Shown here: one piece after another, positions 1 to 12,100 of the stretch
Layout of the letters: each line of letters opens with the position of its first letter
How positions within the stretch are numbered: position 1 is the stretch's first letter
Assembly (NCBI GenBank): GCA_001179505.1
Contig: CDMY01000248.1
Coordinates: 1-64,000 of the forward strand
Length of the DNA stretch: 64,000 bases
Direction: 5' to 3'
Source of the DNA: Vitrella brassicaformis CCMP3155
Lineage: Eukaryota > Protista > Chromerida
Made by a program: the position numbers and the translations under genes
Notes under the pieces: generated by a model
Database searches by the model: none
The model's input: the letters and a program-made list of their open reading frames with translations, nothing else
What the model was told of the DNA's origin: nothing

Positions 1-132
1 GGCCGTGTGCATGCTTCTATGCATGTGCATGCTGCTAGTTTAGTGCGTGACCTGGACAGGATCCCCTCGGGGTTACAGACACGAGTCTCGTTAAACACAA
101 TAACCAACCAACCACCAGTCCTGCCTGTGTCT

Positions 133-2851
133 ATGATGGATGTGGAGATGGACGGTCCGCGAGAGGAGGGGAAGGGGGACGGCGAGGAGATGAATGGATC
201 TCGAGATGAGGATGCCATGCCGGCAGCAAAGATAGGCCTCTACGAGCTCGTGCTGAGGCAGCTGCAGGATGACGGGTAGATACGTAGGCAGGCGCCAGAT
301 GCGACACAGATCCGGGCATTACTTGATCTTCATGTGTGGTGGCTTGTGTCTGTCTGTTTGGAGGTTCGCTGATGTGGCGGCCGCGTTGAGCAGCCGGACC
401 CACATCTCTGCCAACAGCAGTGTGCCTGATGACCACCTCTTCCAGCTCTACGAGGACAAACTCTTCGCACACGCATACGGTATGGTATGCGATTCCCACA
501 CACAAACCGCTCACCCTTCAGTCTTTCGCGCCTCGTTTCTTGGTCAGGTAATGGCGCGTCGGCTGCCACTGACGATGCGGGTGAGCGTCGGTGGGTGCCT
601 GTGCCGACTAGGGCACAGCCGCTGCACACGCCCGGTGCACCTCTCCAGTCCACCGATACCACCGTCGAGGCCGCCATGGAATGCAAGTGAGAGGATGGCC
701 GGACATGGTGCATGCGCAGGGGGAGAGATCATGCAACACACGCCTGCCTGCCTGCCGTGTGCATCCAGGGAGTCGCTGCGTGTTCTGTCGAGCCGCGTCA
801 AGACAGACTGCCTCCACCATGCACACCAACAGACGGGCGAACGGGTATAGACACGCAACGCAACCGCAGACACAGAAAGCTACACGGCCACCGTGTGTGT
901 GTGTGGGTGTGGTCAGAGCGGCGTGTCAGTTGTTGTGAGTAACGACGGCCAGTTCGTGGCCAGCAGCGGCTCTGACTGCACCGTGCGCGTTATGTTCCTG
1001 TCGAAGCTCAGGGCCACACGGGAAGCCAGCCCACGACACGAACGACACCACTCAGAGCGGTAAGTGGGGCGGAAGGGACCGGGCTTTGGTCATTCGCGAC
1101 CGCGCACACGCATTTCTCTCGTGTATGTATCGATCAGTGTCTTGACTCGCGTGTACGAGGACCACACCGAGCCGGCGACATCGATGGCATTTCACCCACG
1201 AAAGTGAGCCAATCCAATCAGACATCCCATCCATCATTCAGCTGCCATCCCATCCACGCTGACGTTTTGTGTGCGGTTCATTATTCGTTAATTAATGCAT
1301 TCATTCAGGCCCTACCTGTACACGGGCAGCAGTGACCGCACTGTCAAGATCTTCGAAACCAACAAAAATGCCCGGAAACAGAGATCTTCAGGTGCACACG
1401 CAGCACTGTACACCTCTTGGGCTGCGTTGCGTTGCGCTGCCTGCAGGGTGTGGTGTCTGTTTGTCGGTGTTGATGCAGGCGAGATCCAGGAGGCGTATCC
1501 CATTCGCTGTATGGCGATGCATCCATGTGGAGACTTCCTGCTGGTCGGCACGGCTCATCCAATCATCAGGTGTGTGAGGTGCTGAGCTGCTCGCTCGTCC
1601 ACCTTTCCATCCATCCATGCCCGTTGTTTGCAGGTTGTATGACGTCAACACGCTCGGGTGCTTTATTGCCTTTCGGCAAGACCAGCACCACAAGGCAAGA
1701 CAATGGCACATACGACTGACTGCATGGCATGGCACCCCACCCGTTCTTGTATGCGCATAGGGTCTCATGTGTGTGTGTGTGTGTGTGTCCAGAGCAGCAT
1801 CAACGACCTCCAGTGCACTTCTGACGGCAGTGTGTTCGCATCGGCGTCGGCTGATGGCGTCATACAGGTGAGAAATGGACAACAAACCGGCCGCATGCAT
1901 CGATGAGTTATCATCTTCCTGCATCTTATTCAATCCAGATATGGGATGCCGTGAGCAATCGAAGCATCAATAGGCTCCCTAACGCGCACAGGTACCGTAC
2001 GGCAGTAGGCGAGCACCAGGGTAAAGAAAGGCCCATCATCCGTCACGTGTCCCGTGCTATGCTGGCTGGATGGATGGCTGGCTGCAGGAGTCTGGCGGTC
2101 GAGACGGTGCGGTGGTCCAGGAACCTCACATACCTTCTGTCCGCGGGAAGGGTAGGCAAATACCACCACCACATAGACAGACAGACAGACAGATGAACGA
2201 GGAGCGTGCACATCTGTGTGTGTTCAGGACGGCCGCACCCGTTTGTGGGACATGCGCAAGGGCGAGGAGGTGTTCGTCTTCGCCGGCGGGTCGCGCGAGA
2301 GCTACTGGCGCAAGTCGATATTCCTCTACGATGAGAGATACGTCGCATCCATCAGCACAGGTGGGTCGGTGGCTGGTTCGGTGGATGTAATGAATGCACC
2401 TACCAACACAACCTTCTATCTTTGTGAATGCATATGTGTGTGTGTGTTTGTAGATCCGTCAGTCCGTGACGTGCTGCTGTTCAATGCCGGCACTGGCGAG
2501 GCGCTCGCACCCCTGCACGTCTACACGTCAGCCAACCAGTAAGCCGCGCATACATACCATCCGAGCAGACTTCTCGGAAGGGAGACACCATGCATGCGGG
2601 ACGGACCTCTGTGGCTGCATTGCATGTCTGGTGTGGGTACGTGCAGGCCTGCCCGATGCGCGGATGTGGCTGCCTCACCCACGCAGCTGGCTGTGTCGAC
2701 TGTCGGATCAGACGCAAGGTCAGTCAGTGAGTGAGTGAGGCTGCTATTCATGAGTTGTCGTGCGCTACATCCATGTGCCTTACGGGTGTGCTTGTGCAGG
2801 TGTCGGTATCTGGAGCTGAGCTATGCCCAAGATGACCGCAGGACTGACTGA
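133..2851 (+). CDS. CSTF1: Cleavage stimulation factor 50 kDa subunit (CstF-50), WD40 repeat protein, multi-exon
   Basis: Spliced reading gives an N-terminal LYELVLRQLQDDG|FADVAAAL...DDHLFQL segment resembling the CstF-50 dimerisation helix. WD40 blades follow: SNDGQFVASSGSDCTVRV, VLTRVYEDHTEPATSMAFHP, PYLYTGSSDRTVKIFE, IRCMAMHPCGDFLLVGTAHPIIR|LYDVNT, SINDLQCTSDGSVFASASADGVIQ|IWDAVSNRSINRLPNAH, ETVRWSRNLTYLLSAGR|DGRTRLWDMR. ATG at 133; last exon CRYLELSYAQDDRRTD* ends at 2851; GT-AG introns. Confidence 0.9.
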
Positions 2852-3298
2852 AGGATGGATGGGTGGATGGGTGGATGAATGGGACGAACAGATGTCTGCA
2901 CTCGTATGCATATTCTGGCTGGGGCACATCCGTCAGACGGTGTCTTCATACTCACCTAATCCAATTGACCTGATCTGAGAGGAGAAGAGAAAGGCAAAAA
3001 CGCGCGGATAAGATATTCCGCAGCGGCTATGCACGCATCCTACTGGCTGATGCATGTGCATGAATACATGATTCTGGCTGGGGGAAATGGTTTCGTCTTT
3101 GCAATGCGCACCGGTCTGTTCCTGCGTCAGAAGGTGTCTTCATACTCACCTTATCTGACCGAGGAGCAGATCGCAGCAGACGAGAAACGACTCAGATCGC
3201 CGGCCGGTTAGCTCCCTCCAGGGGCGTCACATGCAACGTGTCCCCGTAAAACCGAGTTCGGCTTGGGGGCCTTCTCAGTCTGTTGGGTTGCGGCTGCA

Positions 3299-6200
3299 AT
3301 GGCTACATCCGCCCCGTCGTCGCGTCAGGGCGGCCCAAGTCAGCCAGCCGTCCCTCATGATAGTGGAGGAACATCGACTGGAACAGGAAGCAGCTCAGGA
3401 CCGAGCCGCAACAATTCTCACAACACCAACATGTCCAGCAGCCCACCGTCTCCCTTTCCACTCACTTTAGCGGCAGGCGGAGCCCAGGGAGCACTCTTCG
3501 CGCCCAACGGACCTGCACGCAATGGCATGCAGACCAGCACTCTAAGGGCTCCCCCAGACCAAGCTCCCCTTGACCAACAGCACCAGCAACCTCAGCAGTC
3601 ATCAGTCCAGTCACCTGAGCCCCCGTCCTTCGCCCACCCCTTTGCCGTCCCCCCCACCATCCCCCCAAATATGTCCCATCCGTTCAGTGTGCCGCCAGTG
3701 CCGTGCTACCCCCCTCCCCCGCCCTCCCCCTCGCCAGGAAGCGCAGGTGATTCGCCGACGAGCACTGCCAGCAGCATGCACACGCCGTATCGCAGGGAGC
3801 CGACCCTGATCCAGTCGGTTGCCGACATCAATGACATGTACGAGATGAAGTTCAACGAGAAACTCGGCAGCGGACAGTAAGCTAATGACCACACAGCACA
3901 ATGGGGCCAGAGAAACATGTTGTGTGCATCGATCGCATTCGTGTGGTGTTTGGTGCAGCACTGGAGAGGTGTTTGACGCCGTGTGCCGACAGACCAACCA
4001 GCAGCGCGCCATCAAGCGCATCCACAAGACAGACCTGAAGTACGTAGCACCCACACCCCCACATGGACACACGACACACACGCTGTCTCTGATTGCATCT
4101 CTCATTCTGTCCATCCAGGTTGGTTGTGGACGAGTCGTACTTCCGCGACATCTACGACTTCATAGTTCGCTGCGGCCACCCCAACCTGGTCAAGATCTGT
4201 GAGGTGCTCGAGGACCCCGAGCACTTCTACATCGTGATGGAGAAGTGCAAGGGGCCCGACCTGGTGGACTTCACGGAATCGTTCGAGCCGGGTGACATTC
4301 CTGAGGCGGACTGCAAGCGCATCATGAGGAACCTACTCGCTGCTGTCCGACACCTGCATGAGCATAGGGTAAGTGGGTGGGGCAATGGAGGGATGGGTGG
4401 GTGGCCCACCTGCACATGCCTCCCTCCCCCCACCAATCATCTCACTTGTCCATCTCTCCCTGCGGTGTGTTTGTCAGCTACTGCATCGCGATATCAAGCT
4501 TGACAACGTGCTCTTCAAGGACCGGCCTGGAGGTCAGGTGGTGCTCCTGGACTTCGATATGTGTATGTTTATCGACCGAGCCGACTCCCCCAAGACCGTC
4601 GAGAAGGAGGGAGAGATCTCTGTAGTCGGCACCAGAGGCTACATGGTAAGCAACAAGCAAACAAGCAAGACAGCAGCAACGGGCAGACAGTGGGGAAGAT
4701 GTCTGTGGCTGGCTGTATGTGTGTGTGCAGGCTCCTGAGTGTTACAAGGGTCAGAAGGGTCAGTACACCCAGGCGTCAGACCTCTGGGGATGCGGCGTCA
4801 TCCTGTAAGTCAGAGAGAGAGAGACACCAATGTCATCAAACCATCAACACACACAAATCATCATCACACCCTCTGTGTGTGCAGGTACGTGTTAATCACT
4901 GGTAATTTCCCATTCATCCTGTCCGAGTGCAAAAGCAGCCGGGAAGTGCGAAGGGTTCTCAGACAGGTAAGGATGAGCGCGAGACGCTTTACACACACAC
5001 AACGGATTCATATGCTCGCGCGTGTGTCAGGGTTTCCTCAAGTTCGAGGACGCCGTAGTGCAGCGTTTCCCTGCTGCCACCGACCTCATAAGCCGTCTCC
5101 TGACCTACCACCCCAATGGCAGACCATCCTCAGGTAGATCGCACAGAGAGAGGAGCTCTGCCACCTAGGTGCCGTGGGAGACGTGCCTGTGTCACGTGTG
5201 TGTTGTGTCAGCGCAAGAGGCGTTGGATCATCCCTGGTTTGGACCGTCCCTCTTGTGCCGTCCCTACCCCCTCACCATGCCAACCTCGTCGACTGGGCTG
5301 ACAGCACCCCCGATGACGGCACCCCCATGGATGACGCCAGCACCCCCAGGGATGACGCCAGCACCCCCAGGGATGATGACGCCAGCACCCCCAGGGATGA
5401 CGCCCCTGACGGCTCCCCCAGGCATGACGCCCTTGACGGCTCCCCCAGGCATGGCGCCCCTGACGGCTCCCCCAGGTATGACGCCCCTGACGGCTCCCCC
5501 AGGCTCCCCCAGGCATGGCGCCCCTGACGGCTCCCCCAGGCATGACGCCCCCCGCCCCCGTCCAGCAGCAGGGCAGCGCCAACAGCCCATCGCACATGCA
5601 CAACCCCACTGGTGGACCCCTGTTGCCCATGCCACCCATGACGCCCCCCGGCAGCTCCCCCGTGCACAACCCATTCGCCCACGTGTCGCCGAACGCATCG
5701 CCATCCCCGCTGACGCCGCGAGCACAATCGCTGGAGCTGCCCCACGACGGCCACCCCGTCCACCCGCATCGGCAGCCAGTAAGCAGATGAGATACGCACA
5801 CCCACACAAAAGACTTGGGGGCGGAGATCATTTGGAATGTGTTGTGACTTCGTGTGTGTGTCTGTGGGTGTCCGATGCAGGCCTTGACAGTTGAGATGGG
5901 GGACCGTCCAATCAGAGCCAGGCCAGCTCACCCACCCCGCAGCCAAGCCCCACTCACCAGCAGCAACGCCACAACACATCCGGGAGCGACAGTGCCGAGG
6001 GCCTCATCTCACCCAACGCCATCAGCCTTCTGGACCAGGCCATCCGGCACACTGTGGATGGTGTTGACTTGGGTGGGGAGGGGCTGGTGTCCATGGGGCT
6101 GGTCGGCATGGGACATGAGGGCGGTGACGACGGGCGGGCAATGGACATGGACGAGGCGGACGGCCGCTCGTTCACCGGCGCACAAAGCAACTTGGGAGCC

Positions 6201-7430
6201 GGCACTGCTGGTACGTCAGGAAAGACACCACATCAAGCCCTTCCCACCACACACATCAGAGGTCGTTCTGTGCCATGCGTGCCGTGTTGTGTGCAGAGTT
6301 GATGAGTCCGGCCCTCTCTCACTCGACCGGCCCGGCTGATGTGACCAATTCCAGCAGCACACCGCAAATCCCTCCCCCATCACTGCAGCAGCCCCAGGCA
6401 CTGCCCCAGCCAGGCATTCCATCGCAGAAAAGAAGTGCAGCACTGCTGACCGGAGCCACTGGGCAGCAGCAGCGGCAGCAGCAAGAATTGTTCTCGTCGA
6501 TCCCGTCATCTCTATGGCTCATGGATAAGGGGCAGGGTGCCATTGGGAAGGGACGGGGGCAAGGAATGGCTGGCACTGCACAGGATGCATCTAGCAGCAG
6601 CACTGGCACAGGTGGGTGGGTCTGAGGGTTGGCTTGGTGGTGCTCGCTCATGTCTCTCGATCGTGTCTCATTCTGGTCGATCAGGTGGTGCCAAGTTGGT
6701 TCCGATGGGTCGCACCTCGCAGACGGGCAGTGCTGCCAGTACTGCCGAGTCCCAGGCGGATCCCAAGCAAGAGGCCCTTAGTGTGGCATGTAAGTGAAGA
6801 ACTGGCTGATCAATCACCAATGGGACGCACTTTTGCGTGTCTCTTTCCTCCTTTGCTTTTTCAATCCAGGTTGTGAGTTGCTGAGCCCGACGCTCGGTCA
6901 CAGCAGCATGACGGTGGGCAGCAGCGGGTCGGCTCTCTTCGGCTCATCGCACGTGGCCACCGCCGCACTCTCCCACGCCCCCCCGTCCCTATGGCCAGGC
7001 ATCACACACTTGGGCCCACATATCAGAGGCAACGGCAGTGGGGGTATCCTCGCCCCGTGGGAAGACTCACGGCCACAGACCATGACGGCACTTCTGACCG
7101 GGGCCGCCGGGCAGCAGCAGCAGCAGCAGCAGGACTCGTTCACGTGGCCTCCGTCATCGCTATCGCTAGATGAGGGGAAAGGTGCCCCTGGGGCCGGGCG
7201 GGGGCAGGGGATAGCAGGCACTGCACAGGATGCATCTAGCAGCATCACTGGCACAGGTGGGTGGGTCTGAGGGTTGACTTGGTGATGCTCGCTTATCTGT
7301 CTCGGTCGTGTCTCATTCTGGTCGATCAGGTGGTGCCAAGTTGGTTTCAATGAGTCGCAGGCGGCAGGCTAAGGGTGGTGCCGGGCTGTGTATGTGCATG
7401 GGGAGTGGGTTGTGTACTGCATGTCAATGA
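3299..7430 (+). CDS. CAMK/CDPK-like Ser/Thr protein kinase with Pro/Ser-rich N-terminus and long low-complexity repeat tail (3' exon structure uncertain)
   Basis: Kinase subdomains across exons: EKLGSG|HTGEV, RAIKRI, HPNLVKICEVLEDPEHFYIVMEKCKG, LLHRDIKLDN, LLDFDMC, VVGTRGYM|APE, SDLWGCGVIL|YVLITGNFPF, ATDLISRLL, SAQEALDHPW. Tail exons continue to about 7430. Confidence 0.9.
5298..5560 (+). repeat. Coding minisatellite, 21-27 bp units encoding MTPAPPG / MTPLTAPPG
   Basis: Units gatgacgccagcacccccagg and atgacgcccctgacggctcccccaggc seen directly; an extra 10-bp partial unit lies at 5505-5514. Confidence 0.95.
6440..7351 (+). repeat. Intragenic direct duplication (6440-6707 vs 7088-7351) of exon end + 73-nt intron + exon start
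   Basis: Both copies read ALLTGA.GQQQ.QQQ...G.GQG.AGTAQDASSS.TGT|GGAKLV; introns 6612-6684 and 7257-7329 differ at 6 of 73 positions. Confidence 0.9.
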
Positions 7431-7772
7431 GAATGCATGTCTTCGTGAGCTGGTATGACGGTACATGATGGCTGCTTAATGGGAGACAAACGAGCGTGGA
7501 TACATGAGTAATGGGACATCTCTTCAATCTCTTCAAGTGGCATGAGTCATTGAGCAGCCAGGCAATGAAGACCACTATCCCACCATACTCTTGTTCGCTA
7601 ACAGCCATCGTCCTCACACCCGAGCACACCATCCTGGCTCCATCCATCCATCCATCCAGTGGCGGAGAGATTTCTGTGCACTTTCAACAGATATAAAATG
7701 TAGGCAACGATCATTTGGTGACTGCCACTGACTGGGGATTCTCTGGCCTTTACGCTCGGTGGTCTGCAGTCA

Positions 7773-7814
7773 AGCCACAAATTCACAGCCACAAATTCAC
7801 AGCCACAAATTCAC
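7773..7814. repeat. Three perfect tandem copies of a 14-mer (agccacaaattcac)
   Basis: Read directly at 7773-7786, 7787-7800 and 7801-7814. Confidence 0.95.
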
Positions 7815-7840
7815 AGCGAGGCGGTGTCTTCCCTTCCCCG

Positions 7841-8320
7841 CGCCTCTGTCTCGTGCGCCTGCTGTGCTATGTGCGTTGTACATACCCTCCCTCTCCCAGT
7901 CTCTCCCTCATGTCGTACAACATGCTAATCTCCCCAATGGACGGCTGATCTCCGTCCTCGTCCCCACCGAAGTCCCCCCACAAATCGTCCTCAATGTCCT
8001 CGGTGGACGTGCTGCTGGTCGGTCCGTCGGCAAACAGGCAGCGAATACCTGACCATACCTGCAACGCACACATCACATCACATCACATCACATCCACCAA
8101 CGATCCAACAACTCATTCAATTCAATCAGTGTCTGTGCAGACGGATTTCAGACGCGCGCGCCTCTCTCTCGTGCGCCTGCTGTGCTATGTGCGCTGTACG
8201 TACCCTCCCTCTCCCAGTCGCTCCGTCATGTCGTAGAACATCCTGATGTCCTCGGTGGACGGCTGATCGTCCTCGTCCCCACCCCCTCGTCCTCAATGTC
8301 CCCAATGGACGGCTGATCTA
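7841..8320 (-). pseudogene. Two tandem degenerate copies of a protein-kinase subdomain I fragment
   Basis: Duplicated block (7841-~8010 and 8159-~8320). Minus strand reads EISMLYDMRERLGEGGYVQRT*HSRRTRQRR and EDIRMFYDMTERLGEGGYVQRT*HSRRTRERRARLK, resembling a kinase Gly-rich loop, with an in-frame stop in both copies. Confidence 0.5.
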
Positions 8321-9191
8321 AGTCTCCATGCGACGAATGGGTTGAACTTTGACGGCGTCAAGAAGGAGGACAGAGGCCTTTTTTTTTCGGCCCCAATCGA
8401 AACCCCCAGTTTGACCCCCGTCGGCGTGTGTCATGGTGCTGGCAGTGCTGGTGGGCGAGTCCCTGCCATTCAGGTTCACTCGGTGCATTTCACGTCCGGC
8501 CAGTGCATGAGGTCCTCAAAGTGCCCTGCTGATGACAGGCAGTCGATTGGGGTCCCGTGGCCTCGTGCGCGCCCTGCAAGCACAAGCTAATTATGCACAA
8601 CACATACAGGCCAGGTCACATTCGTGGCGCCGGTGACGTCAGCTCAGTCAGACTTGGGCCGACCTGACGCGACTTTCGGCCCATGGGGCGGGTTTCGGCA
8701 GCCGTTGGGACTTCCATGACCCTGAAAGAAGGTCCCAAGAACCGTGATGCACAAACGACGGCAAAGGGCGGAGAAGAAGTGCACCACAGTCTGCATTCCA
8801 TCATGCATGTCTGTACTCAGCTTACCAGCGAACACGCCGATTGGCCCTGTGGGCAGAGTGACGAAAGAGAAGTGGAATTGATCACTGCAAGAAGAGAGAG
8901 AGAGGGGGCACTCTTGCTCCAGCGGTTGAGAGGGGGGCCATGGCGACAAAACTGATAATGGATATGTGCACTATGCTGCTTCGACGGCGACATGAATGTA
9001 CCTACATAAATGGAGATGAGGTAGAGGCTTGTGCGATGAATATATAAGCCGAATGAGCCTACCTTGAGCCTCTGTGCCGCCTCTCGTAGGACTCAAGGTC
9101 GCCAGCCCGGCGAGGGGTCCTACGAGAGGAAGAATCTGTCAGTGTCCGCGATGAGGGAGGCGGCGCGAAGACGAGGGAGGCGAGGGGAACG

Positions 9192-12100
9192 ATGGAACGG
9201 CACACGGTGCGTAACTTTGTGCTTTACTTTGCGCTACTTTTTTCAAGGGTTTATCGGGTTTGTGTCCATTCTCGACCTTTTTTCGCGCGCGCCGAGAATT
9301 TCCCTGTGACAGATCCGACAGATCTCCACCCGGTCTGCTGCGACGATGCATTCACGTGAGATGCTGAAGCAGTTTGAGGAGCTGAGTGAGGAGGCCACCG
9401 CAGCAGGGAAGAGGACCCGGTGGCACGTGGAGAAACAGATGAAGCTCGACGGGAGAGATGTGGTCAATGAGAGAGTGTAAGTCACGCGGAACAGGAAGCA
9501 ACGGTCTGAGCTCTGTGGCCATGCAGGAAGAGGAAAGGCGTTTTCCCTTTTGCGTCGCCTGACAACGCCGACACAGGCACTCAGGGTTCGGGTACGCATT
9601 ACTCAGAGGTTCAGATCATTTGGCGGCCCTTTGAGTGTGTGTGTGTTTGTATGTGTGTGCGCCTCAGGCGACCGGCTGCATCAGCATGTGGTTCAAGTGG
9701 GGATGGCATTACGTGAGAAGCCGCGTGCGGAGCAACGAGACCTCATCCACCAGATCTGCGCCTACCTGACCGACCCTTCGACTCCACGACCAAAACTCAC
9801 GCAGGCAGCCGTTGACCTCGGCCTGATCGTCTTCTCCCACACCTGCGACAACATCGTGGACGAGCTGTTTGACCAGCTGGCCAGTGCGGGGCTGGTGCAC
9901 CAATTCCTCAGCACGGTCCTGGCTCTCCTCCCACACCCACCGCACGGCGGCCAGCCCGACATCAACTGGTCAATCAGCTTCTTCACCATTTGCTGGCTGG
10001 CGCAGGAGGCGCTGGGGAAGTGGCATAGCGTGCCAGGCCTCCACGCCCACCTGCTGACCCACAACCGCGACGCCCTGGACCTCATCGAAGGGGTTGTTGC
10101 CGGCAGGTCGGTCAGTCCAGCCAGAGATGACACACGCCATAGCCAGCAGCGAGGCGCCTTTGTTCCCGCACTGGTTGTTCCGTTCTGCCTTGCTTGCAGT
10201 GATGAAGACAGGGTGCGCAACGCCGCGGTGGTGGTCGTGGATGAGTTTGTGTGCGCCCAGGAGCCGGCTGCCGGTCTGGTGTCGCTGCAACTGTCGGGCT
10301 TCTACGACTCCCAACAGGGCTTGTTCGACGAGGTGGACGAGCTCCTGGAGAAGGGGAAGAATCCCTGCTCGGTGGGTCTGCCCGGCATGCTCCAACGCCA
10401 CTTCGACACGGTGGAGCCGTACATGCGGAAAGTGCTCGACACAGGTGCGTGTCTTGAGCCGCATCGCGCACTCATGTGCCTCCGTCCGTGTGTCTGTGAA
10501 AGGGGACTGGGCTGGCTGTGTGTCATGTAGAGCCGGTTGGCGAGTCCGTCCCTGCGGTGCTGTGTGCCATCCAGAGGCACTGCTTCCCCCACGTGGGTCG
10601 CCGCGCCGACATGGTGCTGTCCAGCAGCGAGACGGCCGCCCGCAAGTGGGCTGCGTGCATGACGCTGGGATGCATCAGCCACTACGTCATGCTGGTGATC
10701 AGATCGGCGCCTCCAGGTAGGTACCCACCTGACAACAAATTCGGCAGGCACAATTGCGCCTTGTTGTGCTTTCGTACGTGCAGATGTGCAAAAGAGTGTG
10801 CTCGAGGCCTGCCGCCCCTTCCTGAAGGTGGTCACGCAGCCGACCTTCCTCAAGGCTGTGCTGGGCGCCCTCAGCAGCGGCCGTGGCGGCAGATTGGGCT
10901 ACGACCAGCCTCTGCAGATCACTTTGGTCATCATGACTCCTGGGCTCGCTGCTTGTGTTGGTAAGAAGGGGGTCGATGGCACTTAGCTGCTCGCCCGTCC
11001 CTCTGTCTGTCCGTTTACCGCAGGCCGTCTTGGTCTGCTCGTCGACGTGGGTCTTCCAGCAGCATTGGTGTCCCTCATGACCGACGACGGCCTCATGCGA
11101 GAACCGCACGGCCCCCTCCTGGCGGACTATTTGATGCGCAGCACCGCATCAGTACTCGTGCGGGCCTCAGTGAATGTGAGCAGCCGCAACTGCACGTTCG
11201 TGTGACGGACAGCTAAGGCGAGAACCTGTCCTCTTGTCGTTGGTTTGCCTCCCAGGTTGCTGCTGACGAGGGTTTGGCGACTGCCATGTGCCGGATGCTG
11301 TTCGGGCTGCTGAAGGGCCGCCGTGACGAGGGTGCTGCCGCGGTAGGGGAAGACCTGGCCGATATGGTGTGTGAGACTCTGGAGGCCCTCGTCAAGTCAG
11401 TAGATGAATGAGCAGTGATTGATTGATCACCATAGCACCATTGGGATGGCTGTTGGGTGGGTGCGTCACCTACAGATACGGCGACGAGGTGATGGAGCGC
11501 AGAGGCGAGATGCAAAACCGCATCGCAACACAAATACTCCAGGTGTGTATCTCTCGGCCGCATCAACGTTGATGCACACTGGTACCTGCTTCTCTGTGTG
11601 TGTGCAGCTGGAATCCGTCAAGACCATGATGGCTGCAGCGGGACGCAGAGGCAGCAAAGGCGCCAAGCCACGCAACGTGCCCAAGAAGGTCACACACACA
11701 CGGAACATACAGATGCTTACCTGACTGACTGGTGCTGATCTCCGATGGTGTGACTCTGCTTTTCTCCAGATTTTAGACTTGTTTCATCGCATCGAGAAAG
11801 CCGAGACCGAGCGCTATGAGAAAGCTATCGAGGCCGAGTTCGACGACACCCCTTCGACCGCCCCGACCCCAGCCACCACCACCACCACCGCTAAGAAGAA
11901 CAAGAAGGCCGGCAGCAAGAAGAAGAAGGGCAAGGGCAACAGAGGCGGGGCCACGGGCGGTGCGTCGGGTCCGTCGTCACTCACACCTGTCGACCACGAT
12001 GGGTAGGCTGGGAGGCACGCAGCCAGCCGGCACAGTGACCAAACTTAGTGCTTGGCGTGTGGCGATATGTGGCTTGTCTGGCCAGTTCTGATGTGTCTGA

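Noticed and set aside
8-32. TGCATGC cluster upstream of CSTF1 (ApiAP2-type motif)
   Set aside because: TGCATG is very common throughout introns here, so local enrichment is not demonstrable.
2948-3151. ATACTCACCT resembling the U1 snRNA 5' end
   Set aside because: No U1 stem-loop I/70K loop or Sm site follows; it is simply the complement of a donor consensus.
8342-8955. Short ORFs upstream of the RING gene
   Set aside because: No motifs, codon pattern or consistent splice chain.
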